64,000 nucleotides of DNA from Candidatus Iainarchaeum sp. (GTDB lineage Archaea; Iainarchaeota; Iainarchaeia; Iainarchaeales; Iainarchaeaceae), in the NCBI GenBank assembly GCA_016202305.1, contig JACQPB010000041.1, positions 398-64,397 of the forward strand, given 5' to 3'. The notes below the pieces were generated by a model, which made no database searches, was not told the DNA's origin, and saw only the letters and a program-made list of their open reading frames with translations. A program made the translations under genes and the position numbers. Positions 1-6,904 of this stretch are shown one piece after another; position 1 is the first letter of the stretch, and each line of letters begins with the position of its first letter.

Positions 1-593
1 CAAAGAAAAACCTCATAATCGAAATCCACGGAAGGCCGAAGCGCTACATGGCAATAGAACCCGAAAAGGTTTTCGGCACACTTATAGAAGAGAAGAAGAA
101 GGAGCTCGCGGAACTCGAGAAGGAAGCAAGCGCCCTCAAGCACGCCGTTTCATTTGACACTCCCAGCAACAAGCACGAGAAAGTCCTCAAGGTCAAGGAC
201 AGGAGCGACTTCATGAAAATACTCGGCCAGGAAATAGACACGGCAAAGGAAAGCGTGCGAGGCATGACGCCAATCTCGAAAGAGCACGGAATAATAAGGG
301 AATCAATGCAAAGCGCGGCGTCAAGGAACGTCGAGATAAAGCTCATAAGCAGGATGAACGAAGCCTCTGACAAAGTGTGCCGCGACTTCACGCAGGCAGG
401 AGCGAGCGTGAAGGAATTCGACCACGGAATGAACGCATTCATAATCGACGGCAAGAAGGTCGTGCTCGCGCTCAGCGACTTCACGCAGGAAAAACCGGAA
501 TACCACTTCACAATATGGCCCGAAAACAGGCCCATGGCAGAAGCGCTCAAGAAATACTTCGACCACGCATGGGAGAACGGGAAGCAGGTGTGA
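1..593 (+). CDS. TrmB-like transcriptional regulator, C-terminal part (5' end outside window)
   Basis: The frame stays open to the left edge (..KKNLIIEIHGRPKRYMAIEPEKVF..). It shows the end of a winged helix, a coiled linker (EEKKKELAELEKE) and a C-terminal domain, as in TrmB-type regulators. The family call is from memory and was not searched. Confidence 0.5.
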   Translation, partial: KKNLIIEIHGRPKRYMAIEPEKVFGTLIEEKKKELAELEKEASALKHAVSFDTPSNKHEKVLKVKDRSDFMKILGQEIDTAKESVRGMTPISKEHGIIRESMQSAASRNVEIKLISRMNEASDKVCRDFTQAGASVKEFDHGMNAFIIDGKKVVLALSDFTQEKPEYHFTIWPENRPMAEALKKYFDHAWENGKQV

Positions 594-767
594 GAAACAA
601 ACAACTTTCAATTGCATTTCACGGCGCAAAATGCGGTAAAAATATTCACAACAAAAGAGTTGGCGAAAATGCTGTAGATTTGCCAAAAATGCACCCGGAT
701 AAAGCCTAAAAACTCTTCGCAGGGATATCAATTCAATTGCATTTGTTTTTTGCAAGGGGGGAATGAC

Positions 768-881
768 ATGGATTTCGGTAAACTGTTAGGCGCATTCATG
801 AAAAGCAAGGCCGACATAGGCGAGTACAAGCCCAAGGCAAAATGGGCTTTCACGGAAGGAAAATCGAAGAAGAAAAAGTGA
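768..881 (+). CDS. small basic protein, 37 aa (hypothetical)
   Basis: ATG 768 is preceded by a G-rich stretch (GGGGGG) 5 nt upstream. Product is MDFGKLLGAFMKSKADIGEYKPKAKWAFTEGKSKKKK. It shares GxL[LF]G...KWAF[TS] with the next small ORF and is below the ORF-track size cutoff. Confidence 0.35.
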   Translation: MDFGKLLGAFMKSKADIGEYKPKAKWAFTEGKSKKKK

Positions 882-931
882 GAAGCGCAGAATATAGCCG
901 CAAAGGTTGTGTTGCAATAGACCTCAATGGA

Positions 932-1072
932 ATGCTGAAAGGGCTCTTCGGGCGGAGCATTGAAGAGAAAGCAAGGCACCAGAAATGGGCGTTCTCCGCA
1001 AAAAAGTCCGAACTCTCGAAGCGCACGAAGGCCGGACACAAGCAGACAAGTGGGAAGAGGCAGGAGTACTGA
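932..1072 (+). CDS. small basic protein, 46 aa (hypothetical, paralogue-like to 768..881)
   Basis: Internal ATG of track ORF 842..1072. Product is MLKGLFGRSIEEKARHQKWAFSAKKSELSKRTKAGHKQTSGKRQEY. Confidence 0.35.
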   Translation: MLKGLFGRSIEEKARHQKWAFSAKKSELSKRTKAGHKQTSGKRQEY

Positions 1073-1161
1073 CTTTAACACTGCTTAAGGGCATTTCGCG
1101 TTATGAGCCAAAGTCAGCGCCGAAATCCGGTTATTAACCTTTTTCGCACCAATTTATCATT

Positions 1162-2838
1162 ATGGCAGCCGACAAGTCCGCACTCGAAAAAGTAAGGCAG
1201 GACGCCCACCGCTATGCGGTGAAGAATGCATTCGAGCATGGCGGAAGGGCGGAGATCGGAGCGCTCATTGGCAAGCTCAAGGCCCTGCACAAGGAAATGC
1301 CAGTGCCTGAAATCATGCCCACTGCAATAGAAGTGGTGAAGAAAGTCAACTCAATGAGCTCTGCGGACATTGAACAAGAATTCAGGTCCTTCGAGGGCGG
1401 CTATGAACTAAAACCGCAGAAGGGCCGCGAAGGCCTTCCGGAGCTCGAATGGGCTGAAAGCGGGTCGCGGGTGGTCACGCGCTTCGCACCGAACCCCAAT
1501 GGCCCGCCCCATCTCGGGAACGCACGCGCAGCATTCCTCAGCTATGCATACGCGGAAAAGTACGGCGGAAAATTCATACTGCGCTTCGAGGACACAGACC
1601 CTAAAGTGAAAAAGCCCATGGAGAACCCGGAGGAGGCTTTCCGGGAGGACCTCGAATGGCTCGGCATTAAAGTGGATGAAGTTTACTTCGCGTCCGACAG
1701 GCTGCCGCTCTACTATTCATACATGCGCAAAATCACTGAAGCGGGACACGCGTACGTGTGCATGTGCAAAAGCGGGAAATGGAAAGAAAATATTGACACG
1801 AAAAGGGCCTGCCCTTGCAGGGACAAGGATGCGAAACACCAGATGGAGCTTTTCGAAAAAATGATTTCGCACGAACTCAAAGAAGGGGAAGCGGTACTCA
1901 GGATAAAGACTGACCTGAAGCACCCGGACCCGAGCGTGCGTGACTGGTGGATTGCGCGCATAGTGGACAGGCCCGAGCATCCGCGCGCAACAGGCAAGGA
2001 CTTTGTATGGCCGAGCTTCATGTTCGAGAGCGCGATAGATGACCACGACATGGGCATAACGCTCGTGCTGCGCGGCCAGGAGCACGCACAGAACTCGACA
2101 AAGCAGAAATACCTGTACGATTATTTCGGGTGGGAGCCACCGCACGCAATCCACTTCGGGAGGCTTTCAATAGGGGAAATGGTGCTGTCGAAATCCAGGA
2201 TTCGTGAAGGCGTGGAGAGCGGCGAGTACGAAGGGTGGGATGACATAAGGCTCGGCACGCTGCGCGCCCTGCGCAGGCGCGGATTCAGGCCTGAGGCACT
2301 GCAAAAGGTGATAATAGACTCCGGGCTCACGACGAGCGACGCCAACATTTCCGTACAGAAAATATCGGCATACAACCGCGACCTGATAAAGGAAGACGCC
2401 ACGAGAACCACTTACCTTCTCGACCCTGTAAAACTAGAGGTGCCGGCCCATGAGGGCATGGAAATCGAGAAGGACGGCAAGAGCATCGAATTGCCGCAGG
2501 GCATGCACGAGTTCCTTGTCTCGGCAAAGGAGATAAAGGCCGTCAAGGAGCCGGTGCTCCGGCTGCGGAATGCGTACAACGTGCGCGTCGAGAACAGGGA
2601 AGGATTCTCCCTGCTCGGGAAGTTCATCGGGAAAGAGGCCGGGGGCAAGCAAGTGGTTTCATGGGTATATGAAATGATGGACCTGGAACTCAAGCTGCCT
2701 GACGGCTCGCGCGAACTCGGCATTATAGAGGCCATGGACCTGAAGAAAGGCCAGTACCTGTACCTCGAGAAGAAAGGCTTTTGCATAATCGACTCGGCGG
2801 ACGGGAAAAGGCCAGTGGCATGGTTCTGCCACGAATAA
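1162..2838 (+). CDS. gltX: glutamyl-tRNA synthetase (archaeal type)
   Basis: 558 aa with a class I HIGH-region (PNPNGPPHLGNARAA) and a KMSKS-like VLSKSR. Length and layout match archaeal GluRS. A TATA-like GGTTATTAAC lies ~27 nt before the ATG and there is no SD. Confidence 0.93.
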   Translation: MAADKSALEKVRQDAHRYAVKNAFEHGGRAEIGALIGKLKALHKEMPVPEIMPTAIEVVKKVNSMSSADIEQEFRSFEGGYELKPQKGREGLPELEWAESGSRVVTRFAPNPNGPPHLGNARAAFLSYAYAEKYGGKFILRFEDTDPKVKKPMENPEEAFREDLEWLGIKVDEVYFASDRLPLYYSYMRKITEAGHAYVCMCKSGKWKENIDTKRACPCRDKDAKHQMELFEKMISHELKEGEAVLRIKTDLKHPDPSVRDWWIARIVDRPEHPRATGKDFVWPSFMFESAIDDHDMGITLVLRGQEHAQNSTKQKYLYDYFGWEPPHAIHFGRLSIGEMVLSKSRIREGVESGEYEGWDDIRLGTLRALRRRGFRPEALQKVIIDSGLTTSDANISVQKISAYNRDLIKEDATRTTYLLDPVKLEVPAHEGMEIEKDGKSIELPQGMHEFLVSAKEIKAVKEPVLRLRNAYNVRVENREGFSLLGKFIGKEAGGKQVVSWVYEMMDLELKLPDGSRELGIIEAMDLKKGQYLYLEKKGFCIIDSADGKRPVAWFCHE

Positions 2839-2871
2839 GCTTAAATAATCGAACAAGGACAAAGTAGCACT

Positions 2872-3075
2872 ATGAAGTTTGCAGCACTTTTGCTGATTTC
2901 AGTTGCGCTTCTTGGAATGGTTTTAGCTTCCGGTTGCCTTGGGAACAGCACGCCGGCACCGCAGGGCGGGAACAACAACCAGCCCGCGCAGTCGCCAGCG
3001 AACGGCCAGCCGAATAATCCGTCGGCTAATTCAGGCACGGGCAGCATCCCGCAGCCGCCAGCGCTGCCAGAGTGA
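2872..3075 (+). CDS. small putative lipoprotein, low-complexity
   Basis: MKFAALLLISVALLGMVLASGC is a signal peptide with a lipobox-like L-A-S-G-C. The remainder is P/N/Q/G-rich and ends in PPALPE. Confidence 0.5.
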   Translation: MKFAALLLISVALLGMVLASGCLGNSTPAPQGGNNNQPAQSPANGQPNNPSANSGTGSIPQPPALPE

Positions 3076-3755
3076 AAAGGGTGAAAACGATGGACAAGGG
3101 ATTCCAAGCTATAATAGGCATGCTGATTTTGGGAGCCTCAATTGTGGTGGCGGAAAGCGCACAGCCACAATTCCCCAGTTTGACCGTTAATCCCGGCTGG
3201 AACCTCATTCCCGGAGGGCTTGGCGAACTCATGAGCAACAGGGGATGTATAAATAATTTCAGCACAGTGTATGCATATTCCCCCCTTGAAAAAAAATATT
3301 ATGGCGGGGCGTATGTGAACGGTACTCCTTCAGGCGACCAGACAACCATCAACTATGACTTATACAATGGATATTCAGACAAGTGGTATTTGTATGGCAG
3401 CGGTTCTGGCACCAGCCTTTGGGCTTATTCAACCAAGTCCTGCGAGCTGGCATTAGATGGAACCGTCAACCCGGGAATACCGGAAGTCGGGCTTTTCAGT
3501 GGATGGAATTTCATTTCAGTCACAGGCAGGATGTACGGGCTCTCACCAAATACCGTTTTCCAGAATTGCAAACTGCAAAAAGCATTTTATTGGGACAGCG
3601 CAATACAGGGCTGGAAAGATTCACTGACACTGCTACAATCAAGCGGGCAATTTACATTAGGCGATGTTGGAAAAGGACTTGTTGTCAAGGTTGCTGCAGA
3701 ATGTAAACTGTCTGGCACTCCTGCCACTCCGCCAGCGCCTGCATTGCCAGATTGA
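3072..3755 (+). CDS. secreted protein with Sec-type or class III (prepilin-like) signal
   Basis: (MKRVKT)MDKGFQAIIGMLILGASIVVAES has a short charged leader ending K-G, then a hydrophobic stretch. The mature part is aromatic/Gly-rich with 4 Cys and ends in PAPALPD. The start is GTG 3072 or ATG 3090. Confidence 0.55.
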   Translation: MKRVKTMDKGFQAIIGMLILGASIVVAESAQPQFPSLTVNPGWNLIPGGLGELMSNRGCINNFSTVYAYSPLEKKYYGGAYVNGTPSGDQTTINYDLYNGYSDKWYLYGSGSGTSLWAYSTKSCELALDGTVNPGIPEVGLFSGWNFISVTGRMYGLSPNTVFQNCKLQKAFYWDSAIQGWKDSLTLLQSSGQFTLGDVGKGLVVKVAAECKLSGTPATPPAPALPD

Positions 3756-3762
3756 ACATCTG

Positions 3763-4008
3763 CTACCGGTAAATTTTCCCTCTATGCTCAAAAGTGTGGA
3801 AAATGACCTGATTTTCGTGCACTTCAAAAATCAGCCGAAATGGAGTTACCCTGACGCTTTTCTTGCCAGCGAGGATATTGCCGAGGAACTTCCCTTTTCC
3901 GGGGTTTGCCAGAATGCTTTCCACTACCTTCTTCAATCGTACAAGCGTTGCTGAGTCCCTTATCTTGTCCATTTGCTTCCTGAACTCATCGGAAAAAACG
4001 GCTTCCAA
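3763..4008 (-). CDS. relE: RelE/ParE-superfamily toxin
   Basis: 81 aa; ..NPGKGKFLGNILAGKKSVRVTPFRLIFEVHENQVIFHTFEHRGKIY fits the RelE-type pattern. It lies 5 nt downstream of a small antitoxin-like ORF on the same strand. Confidence 0.8.
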   Translation of the reverse strand: MEAVFSDEFRKQMDKIRDSATLVRLKKVVESILANPGKGKFLGNILAGKKSVRVTPFRLIFEVHENQVIFHTFEHRGKIYR

Positions 4009-4013
4009 GCAAA

Positions 4014-4235
4014 TTACCCTCTGAAGAAGCGGTCGAGGTCTTTTCTGGAAGTGGCCTTTGTCAACTTTCCGGACTTTATATCCTGCTCGCTTCTCCGAAG
4101 GCTGCCCATGAGCGGCGCATTGCCAAGTATTCTGGCCGTTTCTATCAGCCCATCAAGCTCATCCCTCACTTTCATTGCCGTTTTAATCCTGCTTTTTGGC
4201 AAGAGCGATGATTTTGCGCCGTTCAAACATGACAC
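4014..4235 (-). CDS. antitoxin (Phd/YefM/RelB-like) of the RelE module
   Basis: ..DELDGLIETARILGNAPLMGSLRRSEQDIKSGKL.. is a typical antitoxin C-terminal pattern. The start is GTG 4235 or ATG 4175. Confidence 0.65.
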   Translation of the reverse strand: MSCLNGAKSSLLPKSRIKTAMKVRDELDGLIETARILGNAPLMGSLRRSEQDIKSGKLTKATSRKDLDRFFRG

Positions 4236-4312
4236 CTATGACAGAGTAATTGGGCGGCGGAGAATAAAATGCTTTTGTCCGGATTTTCCGGAAAACGGAT
4301 AAGCAATACGCC

Positions 4313-4792
4313 TCACGCCGATTGCCACGGGACACTCTGGCCGCGCTTTCCTGCCATCACCACAACGGCGGCTATTGACAAGATGAGGGATAGCAATGCG
4401 AGCGCGGCATTGTAATCGAGCAGCACGGGCCAGCTATACTGGGTGTTTGAAAGCGGCCAGAGAAGCTTTACGGGCCAGTCGGTGAAAACAGCGTCCGTGA
4501 GAGGGTGAAGTGCATAGGACGCGGCGAACACGGCAAAGGACTTCTTGAAATCCATTTTTGCGAAACGCGAAAGCGCGAGGGCGAAAACGAGGCCAAAGAG
4601 CACGGCATAAATGAGCGGATTCAAAAGCTCGTGATGCAAGGCATAGAACAATTCCCTGTCGAAGAGCACCGGGATGCCGTCAAGGTCGGGCATCATGCCT
4701 GCCAGGAACGCGAGGAGCAAAAGCCGCCTGTCTTTTGTGAAGGGGAATGCCGCGAGGAAAGAAATGAGGCCGTGTATGAGAGTGAAGGGCAT
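4313..4792 (-). CDS. membrane-bound metal-dependent hydrolase-like protein (YdjM/DUF457-like)
   Basis: MPFTLIHGLISFLAAF..MMPDLDG..HHELLNP..HPLTDAVF is a multi-TM protein with His/Asp motifs. The start is taken at internal ATG 4792. Confidence 0.55.
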   Translation of the reverse strand: MPFTLIHGLISFLAAFPFTKDRRLLLLAFLAGMMPDLDGIPVLFDRELFYALHHELLNPLIYAVLFGLVFALALSRFAKMDFKKSFAVFAASYALHPLTDAVFTDWPVKLLWPLSNTQYSWPVLLDYNAALALLSLILSIAAVVVMAGKRGQSVPWQSA

Positions 4793-5014
4793 CCATGAAA
4801 CGTGTTTTTCGGGAATTGATAACGCTTTTGGTGCGCGGCCTGCACCAGCACTGCACAACATGCAACGCCGGAAACACAAGAATATCTTCTACATAACAGG
4901 TGCCTTTTTGCCCGCCCTATTAGCCTTATAAACCCTTTCAGGGCATTTCTTGTCAGAATAAGCTCATTTTGCCTATGACGATGAAGGCCTTTCGGGGCTG
5001 AAGGAGGTGCGCGC

Positions 5015-5383
5015 ATGGCAGAATTCGTAAAGTTCAGCATGCCTGAGGAACTCAGGGCGAGGCAGGCGATGCTTCTCGAGAAAATAAAGAAGAGCGGGAA
5101 AGTGAAGATTGGCGCCAACGAGGCCACGAAGGCCGCGGAGCGCGGCAGCGCGAAGCTTATAGTCGTCGCAGAGGATGTCTCGCCGCCTGAAATAGTGATG
5201 CACCTGCCGCTCATATGCAGGGAGAAGAACATACCGTTCAGCTACGTTTCCACGAAGAAGGGCCTCGGCCAGTACGTGGGCATCGCAGTCGGCACATCCG
5301 CGATAGCAATCCTCGATGAGGGCGACCAGAAGAAGGAGCTCGCGGATTTCGCGAAGAAGCTGCAGGAAATCGCGAAGCAGTGA
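5015..5383 (+). CDS. rpl7ae: ribosomal protein L7Ae
   Basis: GANEATKAAERGSAKLIVVAEDVSPPEIVMHLPLICREKNIPFSYV matches L7Ae. A GGAGGTG SD precedes the ATG. Confidence 0.95.
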   Translation: MAEFVKFSMPEELRARQAMLLEKIKKSGKVKIGANEATKAAERGSAKLIVVAEDVSPPEIVMHLPLICREKNIPFSYVSTKKGLGQYVGIAVGTSAIAILDEGDQKKELADFAKKLQEIAKQ

Positions 5384-5402
5384 ATGCGGAAAAGGTGATG
5401 GG

Positions 5403-5609
5403 TTGGAAAAGGGAACTCCTGCTGAAGTCGTTGAAATTCTCGGCCGCACAGGCGTGTACGGCGAGATAGTGCAGGTGCTCTGCAAGATTCTCGACGGCCC
5501 GGAATCCGGAAGGGTCAAGAGGCGCAACATCAAGGGCAACTGCAAGAAGGGAGACGTGATTATCCTGCTTTCCACGGAAAGGGAAGCGAAGGAAATCAGG
5601 GCGAAGTAA
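5403..5609 (+). CDS. rps28e: ribosomal protein S28e
   Basis: ..GTPAEVVEILGRTGVYGEIVQVLCKILDGPESGRVKRRNIKG..GDVIILLSTEREAKEI matches S28e. There is no in-frame ATG after the L7Ae stop, so TTG 5403 preceded by GGTGA is proposed as the start. Confidence 0.85.
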   Translation: MEKGTPAEVVEILGRTGVYGEIVQVLCKILDGPESGRVKRRNIKGNCKKGDVIILLSTEREAKEIRAK

Positions 5610-5707
5610 GGTGGTATGATGAGCGCAAGCGAAATTGCGATTCGGGCGGGCAATGGCTGTATGGCCCATGGCGAAGATAATGCGCCGCCAAGGATTAGGT
5701 GACAACT

Positions 5708-5962
5708 ATGCCCGTGGATTCTTTTACCGGAAAGCAGATACAGAAAGGCCACGGCCTCATGTATGTGAAGAAGGACGGCTCGGTCTATTGGTTCGCGGAA
5801 AAGAAGTCAGAGAAGAATTTCTTCATGGGCCGCAACCCCAGCAATACCAAATGGACAGACCATTACCACAAGGAGAAGGGCATAAGGCTCGAATCGAAGA
5901 AAGCCCAGGCTGGCGGCGGCAAGGAAACCGTGGCCGGCACAAAAAGGAAGAAGGGGAAATAA
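5708..5962 (+). CDS. rpl24e: ribosomal protein L24e (Cys-less variant)
   Basis: MPVDSFTGKQIQKGHGLMYVKKDGSVYWFAEKKSEKNF..NPSNTKWT matches L24e. An AGGTGA SD lies 6 nt before ATG 5708. Confidence 0.85.
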   Translation: MPVDSFTGKQIQKGHGLMYVKKDGSVYWFAEKKSEKNFFMGRNPSNTKWTDHYHKEKGIRLESKKAQAGGGKETVAGTKRKKGK

Positions 5963-5981
5963 GCACAAGCGAGGTGGCATC

Positions 5982-6446
5982 ATGGAAAGGACATTGGTGA
6001 TAGTGAAGCCAGACGCGGTAAACAGGGGCCTGATAGGCGAAGTCGTCCACAGGTTCGAGAGGAAGGGCCTGAAGATAATAGCGATGAAGATGGAGCACCT
6101 CTCGGAGAAAATACTCGAAGAACATTACGCGCATCTTGCCGCAAAGCCATTCTTCCCGAGCATAAGGTCATTCATGCGCGCGGCACCGAGCATCCTCATG
6201 GTGATTGAGGGCAGGAACGCGGTCGACGTCGTGAGGAGAATGGCAGGAGTCACAGAAGGCACCGAGGCCCTGCCTGGGACAATAAGGGGGGATTTTTCCC
6301 TCAGCATCCAGAACACAATCATCCACGCCTCTGACGGCAAGGACGCGGCCAAGATTGAAATCAGGAGGTTCTTCTCGGACAAGGAGCTGCATGAATACAC
6401 AAAAGTTGGCAGCGACATGATTTACAGTGAGAACGAGAAGAAGTGA
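5982..6446 (+). CDS. ndk: nucleoside diphosphate kinase
   Basis: MERTLVIVKPDAVNRGLIGEVVHRFERKGLKI.. and NTIIHASD (the active-site His region) match NDK. Confidence 0.95.
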   Translation: MERTLVIVKPDAVNRGLIGEVVHRFERKGLKIIAMKMEHLSEKILEEHYAHLAAKPFFPSIRSFMRAAPSILMVIEGRNAVDVVRRMAGVTEGTEALPGTIRGDFSLSIQNTIIHASDGKDAAKIEIRRFFSDKELHEYTKVGSDMIYSENEKK

Positions 6447-6486
6447 CTGGCCGGGGAAAAAAGGTGTTTGGGTGAAGGTGAGGATT

Positions 6487-6903
6487 ATGCGGCTTTCCGA
6501 GGCGGCGAAACTGCCGAAGCTGGAGCACCCCGGAGACGCGGGCCTTGACCTTTACGCAAATGAAGACACAACGCTCAAACCCATGGAAAGGAAGCTCATA
6601 GGCACAGGAATCAGCATCTCTTTCGAGCGAGGATATGAAGCGCAGGTGAGGCCCAAGAGCGGCCTTGCACTGGAGCACGGCATAACAATCCTGAACACGC
6701 CGGGCACCATCGATTCAGGATACCGCGGAGAGGTGAAGGTCATCGCCATAAACCTCGGAGACCGTGAGTACAGGATTGAGAAGGGAAAGAAAATCTGCCA
6801 GCTCGTCTTCAGCAGTGTGGAGGAGCCGGAAATAGAGGAAGCCCGTTCGCTGGAGGAAAGCCCGCGAGGAAAAGGCGGCTTCGGCTCCACCGGCCTTCAC
6901 TGA
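6487..6903 (+). CDS. dut: dUTP diphosphatase (trimeric dUTPase)
   Basis: HPGDAGLDLYA, DSGYRGEVKVIAINLG and RGKGGFGSTG are dUTPase motifs. A GGTGA SD lies 6 nt before ATG 6487. Confidence 0.9.
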   Translation: MRLSEAAKLPKLEHPGDAGLDLYANEDTTLKPMERKLIGTGISISFERGYEAQVRPKSGLALEHGITILNTPGTIDSGYRGEVKVIAINLGDREYRIEKGKKICQLVFSSVEEPEIEEARSLEESPRGKGGFGSTGLH

Positions 6904-6904
6904 T

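Noticed and set aside
4971-5010. Box C/D-like GAUGA ... CUGA pair in the L7Ae leader, considered as a possible autoregulatory K-turn.
   Set aside because: I tried both possible registers. Neither gives a canonical C-stem next to the 3-nt bulge (at most 1-3 pairs). The resemblance may simply reflect the SD region (GAAGGAGGTG).
5316-5402. Upstream part of track ORF 5316..5609, which would extend S28e by 29 aa.
   Set aside because: It overlaps the 3' end of L7Ae in another frame. The conserved S28e sequence begins only after the L7Ae stop.
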